Source: Haplodiscus bocki (Eukaryota). From it: 64,000 bases of DNA. A program made the position numbers and the translations under genes. Of this stretch, positions 19,380-33,100 are shown piece after piece (within the stretch, counting starts at the first letter, position 1; every line of letters starts with the position of its first letter). Location of the stretch: NCBI GenBank assembly GCA_965655095.1, contig OZ296649.1, positions 150,598,001 to 150,662,000 on the forward strand, read 5' to 3'. The notes under the pieces were generated by a model. That model searched no databases and was not told where the DNA came from. It worked only from the letters and a program-made list of their open reading frames with translations.

Positions 19380-20150
19380 TTTCATTTGTTCGTTCTATCC
19401 TTACTATGTCGGTGGAAAACATTGTTCTGGCACACATAATATAACTGGTTACTTTCACTTGGAGGCACTTGCACAAAGCTTTAACCGAATTAAACAAAGT
19501 TGTTTCTGATCAAACTGTAAAAGCAGGACTTTCAGAATTTTTGAACATCTCGGTACAGCATTTGGAAAGGCAGCTGCAAATTTTGATATAGGCCCATAAA
19601 ATGTTAAATGTAAAGGCAGAGCCTATAAAAATTCAAAAGTAACCAAAAAAATTACAAGAAAGGTTGAAAGAAAAATTAGGAAAGCAAGATTTTGTTCATG
19701 ATTTGCAACAGGTATTCAAGAAGCTTTTAAAGCATACCAACAAGATTCTGCAAGAAAAAAAAGCAACGACTGAAGCATCTGAAAATCAGGTTAAGGCCAT
19801 TAATGATCAAACTGAACGCACCGAAGACTCCAGTAAACATCTCAACAAAGATTTTCGAAAAAGTCTGGAACACAGTATAGTGAAAAGCATTGAAGTATGA
19901 TCAAATAATGAGTAAAAATAATGAACTTCCTACTGATCCTAATCTAATGATGTCGATACTAGTATTGCTAGACCTATACCGAACCTACTTGATGATGGAA
20001 ACAAGAGACGCAGTCACACTGCGATTTTTGCCGTCAAGGCGGCACAGAAATGATAGATTGAACATACAACGATTGATTTTAATAAAGAAACCCATTTTTG
20101 AGAGAAAAAAGTTGTCGATGGATATTTTGACGGAAGAATTCAAGCCAATC
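19380..20150 (+). pseudogene. Decayed Polinton relic C continued: homologues of ORF 2347-2760 and ORF 2-736
   Basis: YYVGGKHCSGT and VSDQTVKAGLSEF (compare YCVDGRHRSAT and VSDNVIQAEGLGDFF). KEKLGKQDFVHDLQQVF (compare DKLGEQNFHENMKKVF). Confidence 0.7.
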
Positions 20151-20199
20151 TAAGGAAAAAACCAGAGATTCTTCAGTGTAAAAGTTATGTAGTAGTCTG

Positions 20200-22250
20200 A
20201 AAGCGTCAATACAGAAATTGATACAAGAATTCAAAGCTGTAGTTTTCGAGAAGGATGAATTGGAATTTCGAGATATGTCTGAACTAAAAGTACTTTTCTC
20301 ACTTCTAGCCCAACAGGATTCCGATGTAGAGATCATTTTTGAAGATATTTAGAAACTAACACTCCACTTCAGTTATAAAGCTATTGAGAGTGAAACCCTG
20401 ATTGAAAAAAAACTGAAATAAATAGAGTTGAATAAGTATAAGTTTGAATACCGAGGTGTGTCAAGACTAAAAGCACTTTCTGGCAACTCTGGTCCATCAA
20501 GATTCCACAGAAGGGTACAAATTCAGCGATTTCCCAATCAAATATTCTAACTCAAAGAGGAAGCTTTAGATTGAGGCTTTGAAGGAAGAAATCAAGTTAG
20601 TAGGTATGGGAAAACCCCGATTAGAATATCGATAAGACTCCATTTTGAAAAATACTTCTTCACGGTTTTGGATTATCAGAAGTCAACCGCATAGAACCGA
20701 TAGTATAGTTTTTGCCACTAATGTTCCACAAAAGCGGAAACTTTTCGAATGCGATCTTGGCGGAAGCAGAGAGATAGTTGCGGACAAAGAAGACTTTGAA
20801 TGCCGAGGTTAATCTAAAGTAAAAGCATATTTGGGATTTTTTGGACTATCAAGATTCTGATGCGAGGAAAATCATTGATTTGATTCGTCAATCGATCTCC
20901 ACAAGTTTCAAGCTTGCAGGAGAGACTAAGATGAGAGATAGCAAGCCTTTAAGTTACGGAGAATTAGGAGTTTCAATATCGAGATGAAACATAAACAGCA
21001 CTATTTGGAATATCGAACTGTCAGTATTCCTATGTAAGGAAGAACATCGACAATATCCATCGAGAATGTGTTTACGACTAAAAGGCGTTTGATTTTGAGA
21101 CCTTGATAGAAGAATTGAAGCCTGTAGATATGGATGACAAATGAGGATAAGTTTGAATATCGAGAAAAATTATTGTGGTTTTCTTTGGAAAATTCGGACT
21201 ATCAGGATTCTGATGCTACGAACAAAATCAACGCTTTTTCCAGCTCAATTTTCCTCTACAAGTGTTGTGTTTTAGATTGAGTTCCTGATTAAGGAGTTCG
21301 AACTTGTAGTGGCTGAGGAATGCAAGTTTGAATATTGAGCGAAATGAATAAAAGTAGCACTTTTTGGAATTTTCGGACTGTCAAGAGTCTGATGCAAGCA
21401 AAATAAATTAACAGTTCTCCCATCTGAAATTTTTCGGCAAACGTTTCGATGCTGACCCTGATGGAAGAGAATAATCCTGTACTTTTGGTGAAACATGTGT
21501 TTGATTATCGAGAAAAATTCAAAGGTTTTTTTTGGAATTTTCGGATCATCAGGATTTTTATGCAAGGGGGAGAAAAACAATGGTTTTTTAATTGAAAAGT
21601 CGTCCAGAAGTCCTTTGTTTTCCATTGAGATCTTGATGGAGGAAATCGAACTTCTAGTGGCCGAGAATTAAAAGTTTGAATATCGATCGATATGAATGTA
21701 AGTACCACTTTTGGTATATCTGGGCTGTCACAAATTCGTTACTTGAATCGTCTGATGCAAATGAAAAGTTTTCGGTGGACAACTTGGTTGGAGAAATCAT
21801 ACCTGTAGTTACTGAGAAATATGAGTTTGATTATCGAGACAAATGAGTAAAATCAAACATTTTTTGATATTTTTACTATCGGGATTATGATGGGAGAATC
21901 AGAAACATTAGTTTTCAATCGAATCAACCTCCAAAATTGTCAGGCTTTCGATTGGGATTGGGATGGAAGAATTCAAGCTTATAGTTGTTGAGAAATTGTT
22001 CAAATATCGATAGAAATCGGTTTTAATAGCACTTTGTTTATTTTTATGACTATCAGGATTCTGATGCACGGAACAAAATTGATATGAATTTTGTTCCGTG
22101 CATCAGAATCCTGATAGTTTTCAACAAAACAGTTCACCACGAATGGAAAACATCCGACTGAGACCCAGATTAGAGATTTAAACCTATATTTTTGAAGAAA
22201 AGTGAGTTTGGAAATCAAAGAAATTCAGTAATAACCTGGCTTTTTGGCAT
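20200..22250 (+). repeat. Degenerate ~170-180-bp tandem array, about 11-12 units
   Basis: Core GGACTATCAGGATTCTGATGC-like motif recurs near 20308, 20491, 20670, 20843, 21014, 21196, 21376, 21543, 21722, 21875 and 22048, each preceded by GAGTTTGAATATCGAG-like and GAAGAATTCAAGCCTGTAG-like motifs. Confidence 0.8.
22049..22118. repeat. Perfect 32-bp inverted repeat with 6-nt loop
   Basis: ACTATCAGGATTCTGATGCACGGAACAAAATT-GATATG-AATTTTGTTCCGTGCATCAGAATCCTGATAGT. Confidence 0.95.
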
Positions 22251-22650
22251 GATCTCAATGTCGATATCACAGAACGAAATGATGCAGGAGACACATTTTC
22301 CAGTTAAACATGCATTTTTGCCTTTGCATGATATAGGATAGTGATAAAACTAATACATAATAGGTGGAAAATTTTGTAGAACCATTTAATTTTGTGATTA
22401 AATTTCAACAGACTTATAATATAACAACTTTTTTTCTCGATTTTTTTTTCTGCAAAATCGAAAATTTCTTCTCAGTTTTTGAAGAATGATTGGAAACACA
22501 ATTTGTTCTATTTACGTCGAAGAAAGGGACAATTTTTGAGAAAAGAAGCCCACTTACCAAAAACCCTAAACTTTTTTTCGAAAAATACATAATTTTTGCT
22601 GCAAAAAATAAGAACGTGCTAACGGTATCTAAAAACACGTTAAAGAAAGA

Positions 22651-22700
22651 TGGTGGAGAGCGGGATTTGAACCCGCCAACTCCGGCTTCTGGATCCCGCT
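22651..22700 (-). other. tRNA-like T-arm/B-box (SINE-like); related copy at ~33270-33310
   Basis: Minus strand TCCAGAAGCCGGAGTTGGCGGGTTCAAATCCCGC versus TCCAGAGTCACAGTTGGCAGGTTCGAGCCCC. Confidence 0.4.
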
Positions 22701-23174
22701 GTGACACCCGAAACATGTATTATACAAGACACCAACGACTTGAACTCTGCGCGTCATGGGCAGTTCCAGGAAAGGGGAATAAAACGCCCACTACTGAATT
22801 GAATAGTTTCGTTTCGAAAAATTTTTTTTGACGGAGAATAACAAAAGTCAATTTAATTTAGAGCAGCAGCCTGGAGATACAAAATCCCCCAAATTGTTCG
22901 CAGGAGACGTTGGGCAGAGAAACTGCAGGTTTCGATGGATGCTTCTATCAGCAGTTTTAGTACTGCATTATTAGCTTCGATATCTGCACTCAAAAGCAGC
23001 TGGGTAGTATTGCCCCGATTTCCCTCTGTTGCCGTTGTAATGCATCTTTGAATGTTCGTTTTTTTAAAGAATCGGCTCGTTTTTTTGAAATTCAGATCAA
23101 CTTGAAGACACTGCTGCGACAGGTACCGAATTTGATCCTTCGACCATTAAGACCATAATAAAAACCATGGATGT

Positions 23175-24850
23175 TTAGGCGAGCGGAGCGAAGCCCATTC
23201 GCAGAAAGAGACACGTCAAAATGATTTCGTTGTTTGTCCCGTCCGTGACATCCCTCTGCGTTTCATCTTTTTAAATGTAATTTTCTCGGTACCTATTGGT
23301 CGGATTCATTCGAATTTGTGTAAACACTACGACCGGTTCACGATCAACCATATTCCAATTTTTCGGCCGCCAAAAAAATTTTTCATGGAGAGTTGGCGAA
23401 AAAATCAGTTTTCGGGTTTCTTACAGGACAAAAGTTTCAATTTTAGGATTATTTAGAGGGCAAAGGTTATATTTTTGAGTCCTGTCTACAGGAAGCTAGG
23501 AAATGCTAATATTTTCGCATTATTCGGTGGAGCAGCATTCACTTGAGCGGCTTGCTGTAATATTTTTGCAAAATTTTTTCTGCCAGTTTTGATCAGAAAA
23601 AGCTGAAATTTTTGAATTTTTCCGAAAGATTCGACATACCTCATTGCCCACTGCATTTTTTAACTTTAACGATCTTTTTCTACAAGCGCATTTATGGGAT
23701 CCGTTTGCTTATTGCTTAGCTGGACTGGCAACTGGCAACGTCGTAATTGACGGGGTCGATGTTTTTGCTGGAGGAAACTTTCTGGCCCGCGAGTTTTTGG
23801 CGAAAATAATTGAAAACCCAAAAATTTTCAGAGGGCAAGTGTTGTTTTGTCGGATTTCTCTGCCCTAATATCCCATGTATGGCATCCCAATACTGGTTAG
23901 GCGACAGAATATGAAGCGTTAGTTGCATTCAGTTTTTGAGAGAGCTTTTTTTGATTTTTCCACAAGGTTTGACCTGAATATTTCTCAAAAAAAAAACGTT
24001 TTCAAATAATTTTCTGAAATATATAAGTTTAGCGCGCTCAGCCTGCCTGAAAGTGATGCATGTGACTTGAATTGAGGAACAGATTGAGCAATTTTTACGC
24101 CAGTGGCTTTTAATGCAAGTTTTGACTCCGACAAACTTTTCTCATGGATTTTTTGGTGAAAATTGTCGAAAAATAGATTTCAATAAAACTTTTCGACTCT
24201 TCCAAAACTTCTTATACGGTTGTACGAACTCCAAAAGTGAACCGGGCTTAATGACGCCCTCTGGATTGCCTAGAGAAGCAGTCGAGAGCTCTTCAGCGTA
24301 CGCTCGGTTGTAGATAGGTGTTCTGTACTCTTTAGATGGAAAGTAGTTTTTCAATTGTTTTTGCCCTTTGCGATAATTTACTACGGTTCTCATCACCAGG
24401 AAAATTCCCCTGAGGGTGTGTCTCCTAGTACTCCTCAACATCTCCTCATTGGTCATGTGACCATCGGGTTGTGTGAGAAATCTTTTAGTCGAGTTTTCTG
24501 GAAACTTGTCGAGAAAAAACGGCTTCATGGGAAGATTTTTTGTTCCCAGATTAGTATTTCTTTACTTAACACGTTAGTTGTCACCTTTTGAAATCTTGCT
24601 GCTCTGAGACGGCATTTGCTAAACAGTGGCTGGCTTTCGCTGACTTTTGAGATGATAAATTTTTCTTTTTCTGCTAACTTTTGAAGTTAAGATAGTTCCC
24701 TTGAACCTCCGCTGTTTTTTATCTTGGTGTTCTCTGCCTAATTTCAGGATTTTGGTACGTGCCCTCTGGCAATGCATAAGCATGTGGCCAGTGTTGTAAT
24801 CAAGAGGTTGATTGCTGTGGCGATGCTTGCGCTGAGCACCTTAGCGCCTA
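23175..24850 (+). repeat. Interspersed repeat family copy (longest copy)
   Basis: Starts TTTAGGCGAGCGGAGCGAAGCCCATT; collinear with 17960-19175. Confidence 0.72.
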
Positions 24851-24852
24851 TG

Positions 24853-25650
24853 TTTAGGCTAGCGGTGCGAAGCCTATTGGCAGAAGGACATGTCAAAATG
24901 ATTCCGTTTTTTTTTCGCGTGCGTGACATCCATCTGTGTTTCAACTCTTCAATTCTATTTTTTTCGGCAACTATTGGTCGGATTCATCCGCTTTTTGTAT
25001 GAACACTACGACGGGTTCTCGATCTATCATATTCGAAACTTTCGGCGGCCGAAAATTTTTTTTCGGCGAGTAATTAGCACTAGAAATTTCAATTTTCGGT
25101 TTTTTTTTTTACAGGGCAAACGGTATATTTTTGAGTCCTCTTTGTAAAGGAAGCTTGGAAATGCTGTTATTTTTGCAGTAATCGATTGAACACCATTCAG
25201 TCTAGCGGCGTGCTGTGATGGCTGTTGTCACAATTTTTTCCCGGCCAGTTTTCGTCGAAAAAGCTGATATTTTTTTTGAATTTTTTCGAGACAGATTCGA
25301 CATTCCGCATTGCCCGCTGCGTTTCTTAACTTTGACGCTCATTTTCTACAACACTTTTGCAGGATCCGTTTGCTCATTGCTTAGCTCTATTGGCAACGTC
25401 GTGATTGACCGAGGCCGATATTTTCGTTGATCAAAATTTTTTCGCCGATTAGTTTTTGGCGAAAACAATTGAAAACCCAGTTTTTTTAGTGGGCAAGTGT
25501 TACTTTGTTGCACTTCTTTGGACTAGTATCCCATCTATGGCATGCCAATGCTGGTTAGGCGATGGAATATAAAGCATAATTTTTATTTAGTTTTTAGCCG
25601 AAAGTTTTGTTTTTTCCACAGGATTTTGCCCGAAAATTTTCTAAAAAGGA
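24853..25650 (+). repeat. Interspersed repeat family copy, tandem to the previous one
   Basis: Starts TTTAGGCTAGCGGTGCGAAGCCTATT; collinear with ~23175-24000. Confidence 0.72.
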
Positions 25651-28600
25651 ATGAGTTATGTTTTTTTTGTTCTTTGCTTACTTTCCTCAGTGGTAAGCGC
25701 TACCATAGGGCTGATAGATAGAAATGGTAGCCTGAATGATTTTGCTTGTTCACTGTTGGCAGACATCTTTACAAGTGAAAGGCAGAGCTTTTGCCCAGAT
25801 TTTTTTTTCTGGGGATGTGAGATTTGTTTTATTACAGAACATCGGATTGAAAAAAAATTCATCGAATGTTGGAGGTCATCGTCAAAGGAATGTTTTGTCC
25901 AGATGGCATGATCAATACTTTGATCCGTTGTTGAATGCTTGAATTTATGTCACTGTATCATCTGAAGTTTTTGATCGGCCTTGATGTCGTTTCAAAGAAC
26001 CTTTACTCGCACGCGAACACGGGACTTTTTTTGCTTTATTTACAAAACTGCAAAACAACGGTGCTTTGGTACAAGTCATTGGTTTTTCTTCATGAGTCTC
26101 CATCTTATTGTTGTCACACAACTGGCATATACTTTAAAAAGCTACACATATAGGGTTAATCAACTTTGAAAACTATCCAGTCAACTATAATAAATCCGTA
26201 ATTTCTTCTGGAAGATTTGGGAAAACGCTTGTCTTTTTTAGCACATTGACGTGTATTCTTTTCTGGAATTTATTTTCGATTTGTTTGTGTTTCAGCAACG
26301 AGATGTTGTTCAAACACAATCGCCCTGCCGGTATTCGAACCCAGAGTGTGCTGTTTCCCAAACCCCTCCCTGAAGCGTTCTCTCTGCCGCAGGGACATTT
26401 GCATGGATACCCTCAGGTTAAACAAATTCATCGACATCTTTTCATTGTACACTTGAATTGATAGAATTTTGTGGCTGAATTTGAGGATAAGTTCCGGTGA
26501 AAGCTTCCGGGTGGTGGTGCTCTAGGAATGATTGCAGTCAAAATGATGCATTGCACATTATCATTGAAAGGAAGAATGTGAATTGAAAGCGTCTTATGAC
26601 GACCTTTTTGAGACATTTGGCTGGTAGTTGTTTATTTTCGCATTCTAAGGTGTTAATTTTTGAACATTGGTTTGAAAAAAATGAACAAGAGCGTGGTAAA
26701 AGGTCGTCTTTGACATCAATGTTTTGAATGAGGGTGTAAAATTTTAGTTTTCTTCTTTACTGTGCAAATCTTTTGAATATTGGGCAGCAAAATTGAGAAT
26801 CTAAAAAGCACATGATTGACAGATCAGCCTTTCGAGTATAAGACAGTGACAGATACTGTCTCAGTTTGCCTTTTTCGAACAAACTCTTGACTGACAGCTG
26901 GTGTAGTATTTCGAAATTCAGTCACATCTCCGATCATGGTTTCAAATGTCTTTGGGGATCTGTGATCTCAATTAACAAGTCAGAATGTGTTTCGAAGTTC
27001 TGCTTAGCCTCTCGTCTGATAATGCCGAGTGTGTACTTAAATGATCACGAAGCGGATCGAGTAGAATGCACAATTTAACGTTTAATGACAAAAAAATTAT
27101 TGGGAGTAAGTTATGCAATCATGTTAAATCAATTGTTTTGCACTTTTTTGTCTGAAACCAGTGTATTGAGTACATAGCGAGTTATAGCAACAGGACATAG
27201 AAGAACACAGGTTTGTTATGGTTGTATTTTGTTGAGGAAAACTTTTCAATGAATTTTTAGGTGAAGCTTCCTGCCCCCAGTGGCGACAATTCACCGTCTT
27301 CTGTTGAACAACAACTTGGCTCTTCTTTGTTTCTGCCCTCCAAAGACCTTGCTTCTCTGTTCGGTGCGACTTCTGGTTTAGTAGTGGAAGTGTTTGACCA
27401 GCGCAGAGCAATGAGTGCCGAGTTTGGATGGAGTCTCTCCTGCCCCTCCGCATTCGCAGTTGTACCTCTCAATAGATCACTGCTTCACAAGTTGGTCGCA
27501 GCTCCGACCAACGCAGTTCTAGTAACCAACGTCCCTCTTGAGGTTACAATTCGCAACAATGTCCTACTCTTGTAATTTAAGGGAACCGTATAACTGGGCA
27601 ACCATGTCCAAAAAATTCCAGATGCCTTCAAGATCCTCGCTCTCAACAACATTCCTTTCAAAATCGTACAAGGTCCATATATGCCCTTTATATACTCAAA
27701 GTACAACACATTGCTGCAAGAATGTTCTGGGCAAAGTCATTGAAGGGCTTTTCATTTTCTTGAGATTCATTGCAAGCATCTCAAAATTACTGTAATAATC
27801 CTGAATATCGCTGAAGCAATTCCCTTTATGCCAGCACCTTGTAGGCTGCTTCAAACCAAGGCCGAGAATATTGAACCCAATCATGTTTCTAAGTTTCATG
27901 CCTATAGTTTTTACTGTTTTCCTTCGCAAAGGTGGCGTGACTGACTGACTGAGAAGGGCTGAGCGCTGAAGTGAACCGGATAATTCCTACTTATTATTTA
28001 CCTTTTTTCTTTCGCTTCCACAAGCTAATGCGTACGTCACTCGATTTACTCCTAGATTTCAAGTAGTTGATTCAAATATTCTCAGATTTGTCTATCTAAT
28101 TTTCATCCCATTTTCCGCTTCTACAAAATTTTGATCATTCATTGTGTCCAAAAAATTCGATCGTCGAAAACTTGAAAACTATTCCCAGCATCGAAAAGTT
28201 TAATATTTCAAAACGCTCCGCATTTCTCGACCCTTCGCGACGCATAGGAATTTCTGCAGAGTTTCCTAAAGGCATATTGTTTCATTGCAAATCGGTTTAA
28301 TGAATTCGCCTCTTCCAATTTTTCAAGGCTTCGAGCGAAGCGAGAACACCCTATTAATCTGATTTTGGCGAATAAAATTATTTTTAGGCGAGCATAGGGA
28401 ACATTGGCAAATTCAGATTTTCATTTTCCGTTCCATGTTGTGGAAACGTATTCTTCAAAGCTATATCTTTACCTATTTGACGGATTTTTCTAATTTGTTC
28501 AGAAACGGTACAAGACTCCAATCTATCACATACTAACTTTCTGTTGCGGTCTGAAAATTCTTCGATAGGTTTTTCTGCGACAGAAACTTGTGAAAACTGA

Positions 28601-29659
28601 GATTTTTTGTTACTTAAACAATGTTTAGCTGCCATCGACCTTTTTTTAGGAACTGTGAACGTAAGATGAAACTTTTTAAATAGAAGCAGGTCTATAGAAA
28701 TAGGGGTGCCGAAACCGCGAGATTAGCACTAAGCTGTATAGTGCCTGCTTTGATTTTTGGGATGCTACTAGTGTTTTCGTCTCAGTGCTTCGTGTGAAAC
28801 GAGAATGCCTTATTATTTGCGCTTTCTTTTCGCAACATTTCGTCTTATCCTTTTTTTCTAAAGCCAATAGCTCCTAGCCTATTGCAGTAACCGCCTTAGT
28901 TAATCCACTAGATGTTCGGAAAACGAGCTAGCCAAAATTTCGCTGAAAAATTCTTTCCTAATTTTTTTGTAAAGAGTTTTTGAAAACCATAAAACTTATT
29001 TTCTTCCTTGGTACTTTGGATATTGAAAGTACGTTTTTCTTTAAATTTCTGGAGCTTCGCAATCCTCCACTCGTTTTCAATGAAGCTGTTTTCGACAGTG
29101 AAGTCTTTTTGGTTTTTTAATAGCCGTTTATCTTGCCGAGCACTGTCTTTTTTAGTATTCTTTCTCAGAGTCTTCGAACCTATCGTGAAAATCCGGCCCT
29201 TAGTTTTTCATCCGCGAATGACTGGAGCACTAGAGGATAGGAGAAAGCTATGCATGGAAATGTCGCTTTGGTGCAGATTTCTGAAGCTGAAATTTCCATG
29301 AAATTCCATGTTCTTCGTCCAGGAAAAATTGCGTTTTTGCAAAAAAGTTTTCCTGTGAACTTTCGAAGTTTCTGCTGGAAATTTTTGTATCCATTTGCTG
29401 ACGGGTCCGGTACAACTTCTGATAAATGCCAGATTGGAGTCTCTCAGGGGTGCGTTTTCAGTCCGTGTTTTCGATAACGGAATCTCTGGAAAATTGTGTT
29501 TTTCGCCGAAAGAAGTAACAACTGACTTTTTTCAAGCCTCTCTCCATTTTAAATTTCTTTGACATGCTCCAATAATTAATCAACAGTAGTTTCGTTTTAG
29601 GACGTGTTTTTGGTCGACCTAATACTCGAAACCCGTGTACAACGCTAATTGCTCCTCTA

Positions 29660-30100
29660 TGAAGGCGAGCGGAGCGAAACCTTTTGTCAGCCTCCAACAC
29701 GTCGAAAATAGTATAGCTTTTCTGTCCCGTTACATCCCTCCGCATTTCATTTCTTTAAAACTAGATATCTCAACTCATATCGGTCAGATACTTGTAATTT
29801 TTGAAAAGTAATACAACAATGGGTTGACTGTGTATGATGTCCCAAATTTCCGGCCGTCGTATATTTTTTCGGCGAGTTTGCAACAAAAAACATCAATTTC
29901 CGGATTTTTTTAGGGCTCCACGGTTGTTTTTTCAAGTCCTGTCCGTACAGTAAGCTTGGGCTCTTACAGTAATGCTGATGTTTTGGCAGTAATGGATGGT
30001 AGAGACTCCGTAGAAGGGCGTCCTGCGATGAGTTTGGTCAATTTTTTCCGGCCAGTTTTTCCCAAGAAAGATCGAAAAATAATGCATTCTTTGAAATTTT
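29660..30100 (+). repeat. Divergent copy of the same repeat family
   Basis: AAGGCGAGCGGAGCGAAACC...ACACGTCGAAAAT...ACATCCCTCCGCATTTCAT...TTTTTTCGGCGAGTTT. Confidence 0.6.
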
Positions 30101-33100
30101 GGTCTTTTCCGGATTGCTGAAGTCAGCTTCCATGCTTCTTTTGATTGGTGATGCTGTTATTCGTGCCCAATATTGTTGTGGAGGCTGTTTCATCTTCGTT
30201 ATTTTGTTTCTGGTTTCCAATTTTGAAGTCTTCGACGAATTATGGCGCGTGGTTTGCAGAGAAGTCAATTTTGGTTCTGAACAGAATTGTGACTTTTTGT
30301 CAGTTTTTGGGCTGCGCAGACTCTCAATTGGTGTCCATTCGCTTGACCCGGACGACTTGCGATCCCTACAGCGCTTTGCAGTTTAATTTAGTTATGCTGC
30401 ATTGTGTTTTTAAGTTACGCCACCGATCTTTATTGTCGAGAATTTGAGTTGTACGAAAAACGGACATTAGGCGCGCTCCAAAGACGTCGAATTTACAAAT
30501 TAGCTTCTATAGCGGTGGAGCTTAATGTTGATTGAGTGTATGCCACCATCCAATCAAGCTTTGTCGGCGAACCTTCAAAAGAAACTTTCTGGCAATATGT
30601 GGGAAAAAACTACGTGATCTGACAGTTTCTTGAGCATTACGTTCACAAATTGGGTTAATTTGTAGTTTTTGTTTTTTCTTTCGTTTCATGAAAGCTGTAG
30701 TACCTAGCCTGAAACGTCAATATTTTTTCTCTCCTCGAAGTTTTGCAGAATAACTACAAATTGTTCGTTTCAAATTTTCCAGTCGACACTGGGGGCGCGT
30801 TCGAGCAGCCGTCTCAGGATTCTTAATTGCTGGTCTTGTTTTTTTTGGACTAAAAGCAATGGTTAAAGTCAGATTAAGAGGTTGTTTTTGAGCATGAGTT
30901 GTGCGATTAGCGATTTTTTTGTGAGAAACGTGTATTTTCATGTGTTTCAGTTTTCCGAGTCATATTTCGCTCTCTTACCTCAATTCTACCAATTTTTAGT
31001 TGTTATGATGATCTTGACTAATTTCGTGATACTCCGTAGGAAGCTTTTCATGCGGCAATATGTTTCTGGCAGCCTATAATATGTCCAAAAAAGTCGTTTT
31101 TGATAATTTCGCAGATTTCCTTACGCCTTCCAGGAAACTTTCCGTAAAATGCGACTATCTCAGAGCCTATGGCGTGTATAGTTTTTACTGATTCAACTCC
31201 GAAGACTTGGTCTTTTTTTGCCGAAACTTTCGGAATTTTTCACCTTCATAGTTTTTTAGCCAAAAAATGTGAGAAGGCGGAAATTTTTCACCAACTGAAT
31301 GCTACTTCCTCGAATCGACTAGCGCAAAAGAGTACCTTGCAGGCTTTAGAACTGTATGAAAGAGATCTACCGAGTACTTTCTTTATCGTATGTACTGTCA
31401 GATTTTTCAAAAAAAATTTTCTTCAATTTTGCCCAAAATTCTTGCTTTTAGTCGGAAAATCGGGTTGTTGGGCTGTATTTGTCTTCGTAGTGCACTTAAC
31501 TCCAAGCATAGGGCCCTTTCGAGCGTACAATTTGATCAAATGGTTTTCAAGAGTTGAAGTTTCATTCGTGTTGACGTTTTGACAAGTTGAAAGTTTCTGA
31601 AGATAGTTCATATATGGCGAAAGTCCGGGAAAATTGAGTTTTCGAAAATACAACTGTTTCTTTTTCCCGAACCACTTTAAGGTGAAACCATAGAGTCATA
31701 CAAAGCACAGAGAATCATATTGCTGACCGTTCTTTCTTTCCGTTGAGCAGCCTATAGGGTGAAACGAATCCGAGAGCCGAAACTTTGACAAAACTTTTTT
31801 TTCTGAGATTAATCAACTTTTGTGAAAAGCTGACGTTTTCGAGTGAGAACTCCTCAACGGATGCTACGTCCCGTCCTTTTTTTGGACCTGATTCAAATTT
31901 TTTCTATTTCTTTTTGCAGCAATTGATCTTTTTGGTGTTTTTTAAGATAGAAATCTGAACAAAATAGTTTTTGCTCAGTTGTAAATTGTTTCATCTTTTC
32001 TGAGTATTTGAACTTTTTGCACCTAGCAATCATTTGCTATAGAAGCGGGTCTTTTTCTGCACAACCTTTGGAATTATCGGCTTTTAAAGCGATTTTACTC
32101 GAAGCTCACGCTCAACGCTCGCTGCGTCAATGTTGTTCATTATTCTAAATTTTTAGCCTTAATACCGGCATCCTTCAGGCCTATGTTGCTCATGTACAAA
32201 ATTTTCCCGGAGTTATTGTCATTGAAAAATGAACCTGGCTCCTTTTGATGCTGAAATACGTCTGAAATTTAATTTAGTTGTCTGCTTCAGGGAATTGGCA
32301 GTAAGTCACCCGCAGTAGTGTCAGTTTTCACCCATCTCATTGACAGCAGTGTAAGTGTAAAAGATTAATAATGACATGAAGCAGTAGATTAAGCCTTCTG
32401 GCCTTTAATTTTTTTGCTTCGAATTTTGTAATCTCAAACCCTTGAAAAGTCAAAGAATCGCTGGTGGATAAAGCGAAAGTGAACGGTAAAGAGTGATATT
32501 CAGTGCCAGGTGAATGGAAAGCAATGGAGCAAAAGTGTTCGATTATTAGAGGCTTTCTTTTCTTAAGACCTTTATGTATATTGAGACGTATGGCCAGCTC
32601 CCTCTTTGGCCATTCACGGTTTGTTTTAAAGACCTCTGAGATCGATGAAATTCTAGTTTAGTATTGGGATCCTAGGCCTGTTGTGGCCGTCATAGCAAGG
32701 ACTCAAAGCATAGAAACCTCATTTTACTTACAAAAATCCCAATCCTTTCCGAAACCAAGTACCGAAAATTTTTTGACCAGGTGAACTCGATACCCCTGCA
32801 CCCCTAAAGGAAGCGTTGACTTGGACCTTCCTGGCTTATTTTGTTTTTTTTTTCAAAATTTCAATTTGAAAAGCATCTCAGGAAAATACATTATCGCACC
32901 ACGAACTGGTACAGTAAAACATAAAAATATAAAACAAAGCAGGTCCATCGTTTTATTTTGGTACTGCGAGACAAAATTTTGTTGACCTTTTTTTCAAATT
33001 GATTTTTTTTTTCGAAACCCAAAAACTTTCCAAAAATCAGAACACTCCTTTTGAGTCTATTGAGCGGCGTTGTGCGTGGGGTGCTGACAACGACCGTTTC

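Noticed and set aside
20200-22250. Possible CRISPR-like repeat/spacer array
   Set aside because: Whole units are homologous and degenerate with no unique spacers, the context is eukaryotic and no cas genes are present.
22651-22740. Functional tRNA with encoded CCA
   Set aside because: Only the T-arm is well formed. CCA spacing is non-canonical, with no matching acceptor 5' strand or D-arm.
25650-28000. Cys-rich decayed coding-like fragments (e.g. CKCPCGRENASGRGLG on the minus strand)
   Set aside because: Probably an old transposon relic, but no diagnostic motif could be assigned.
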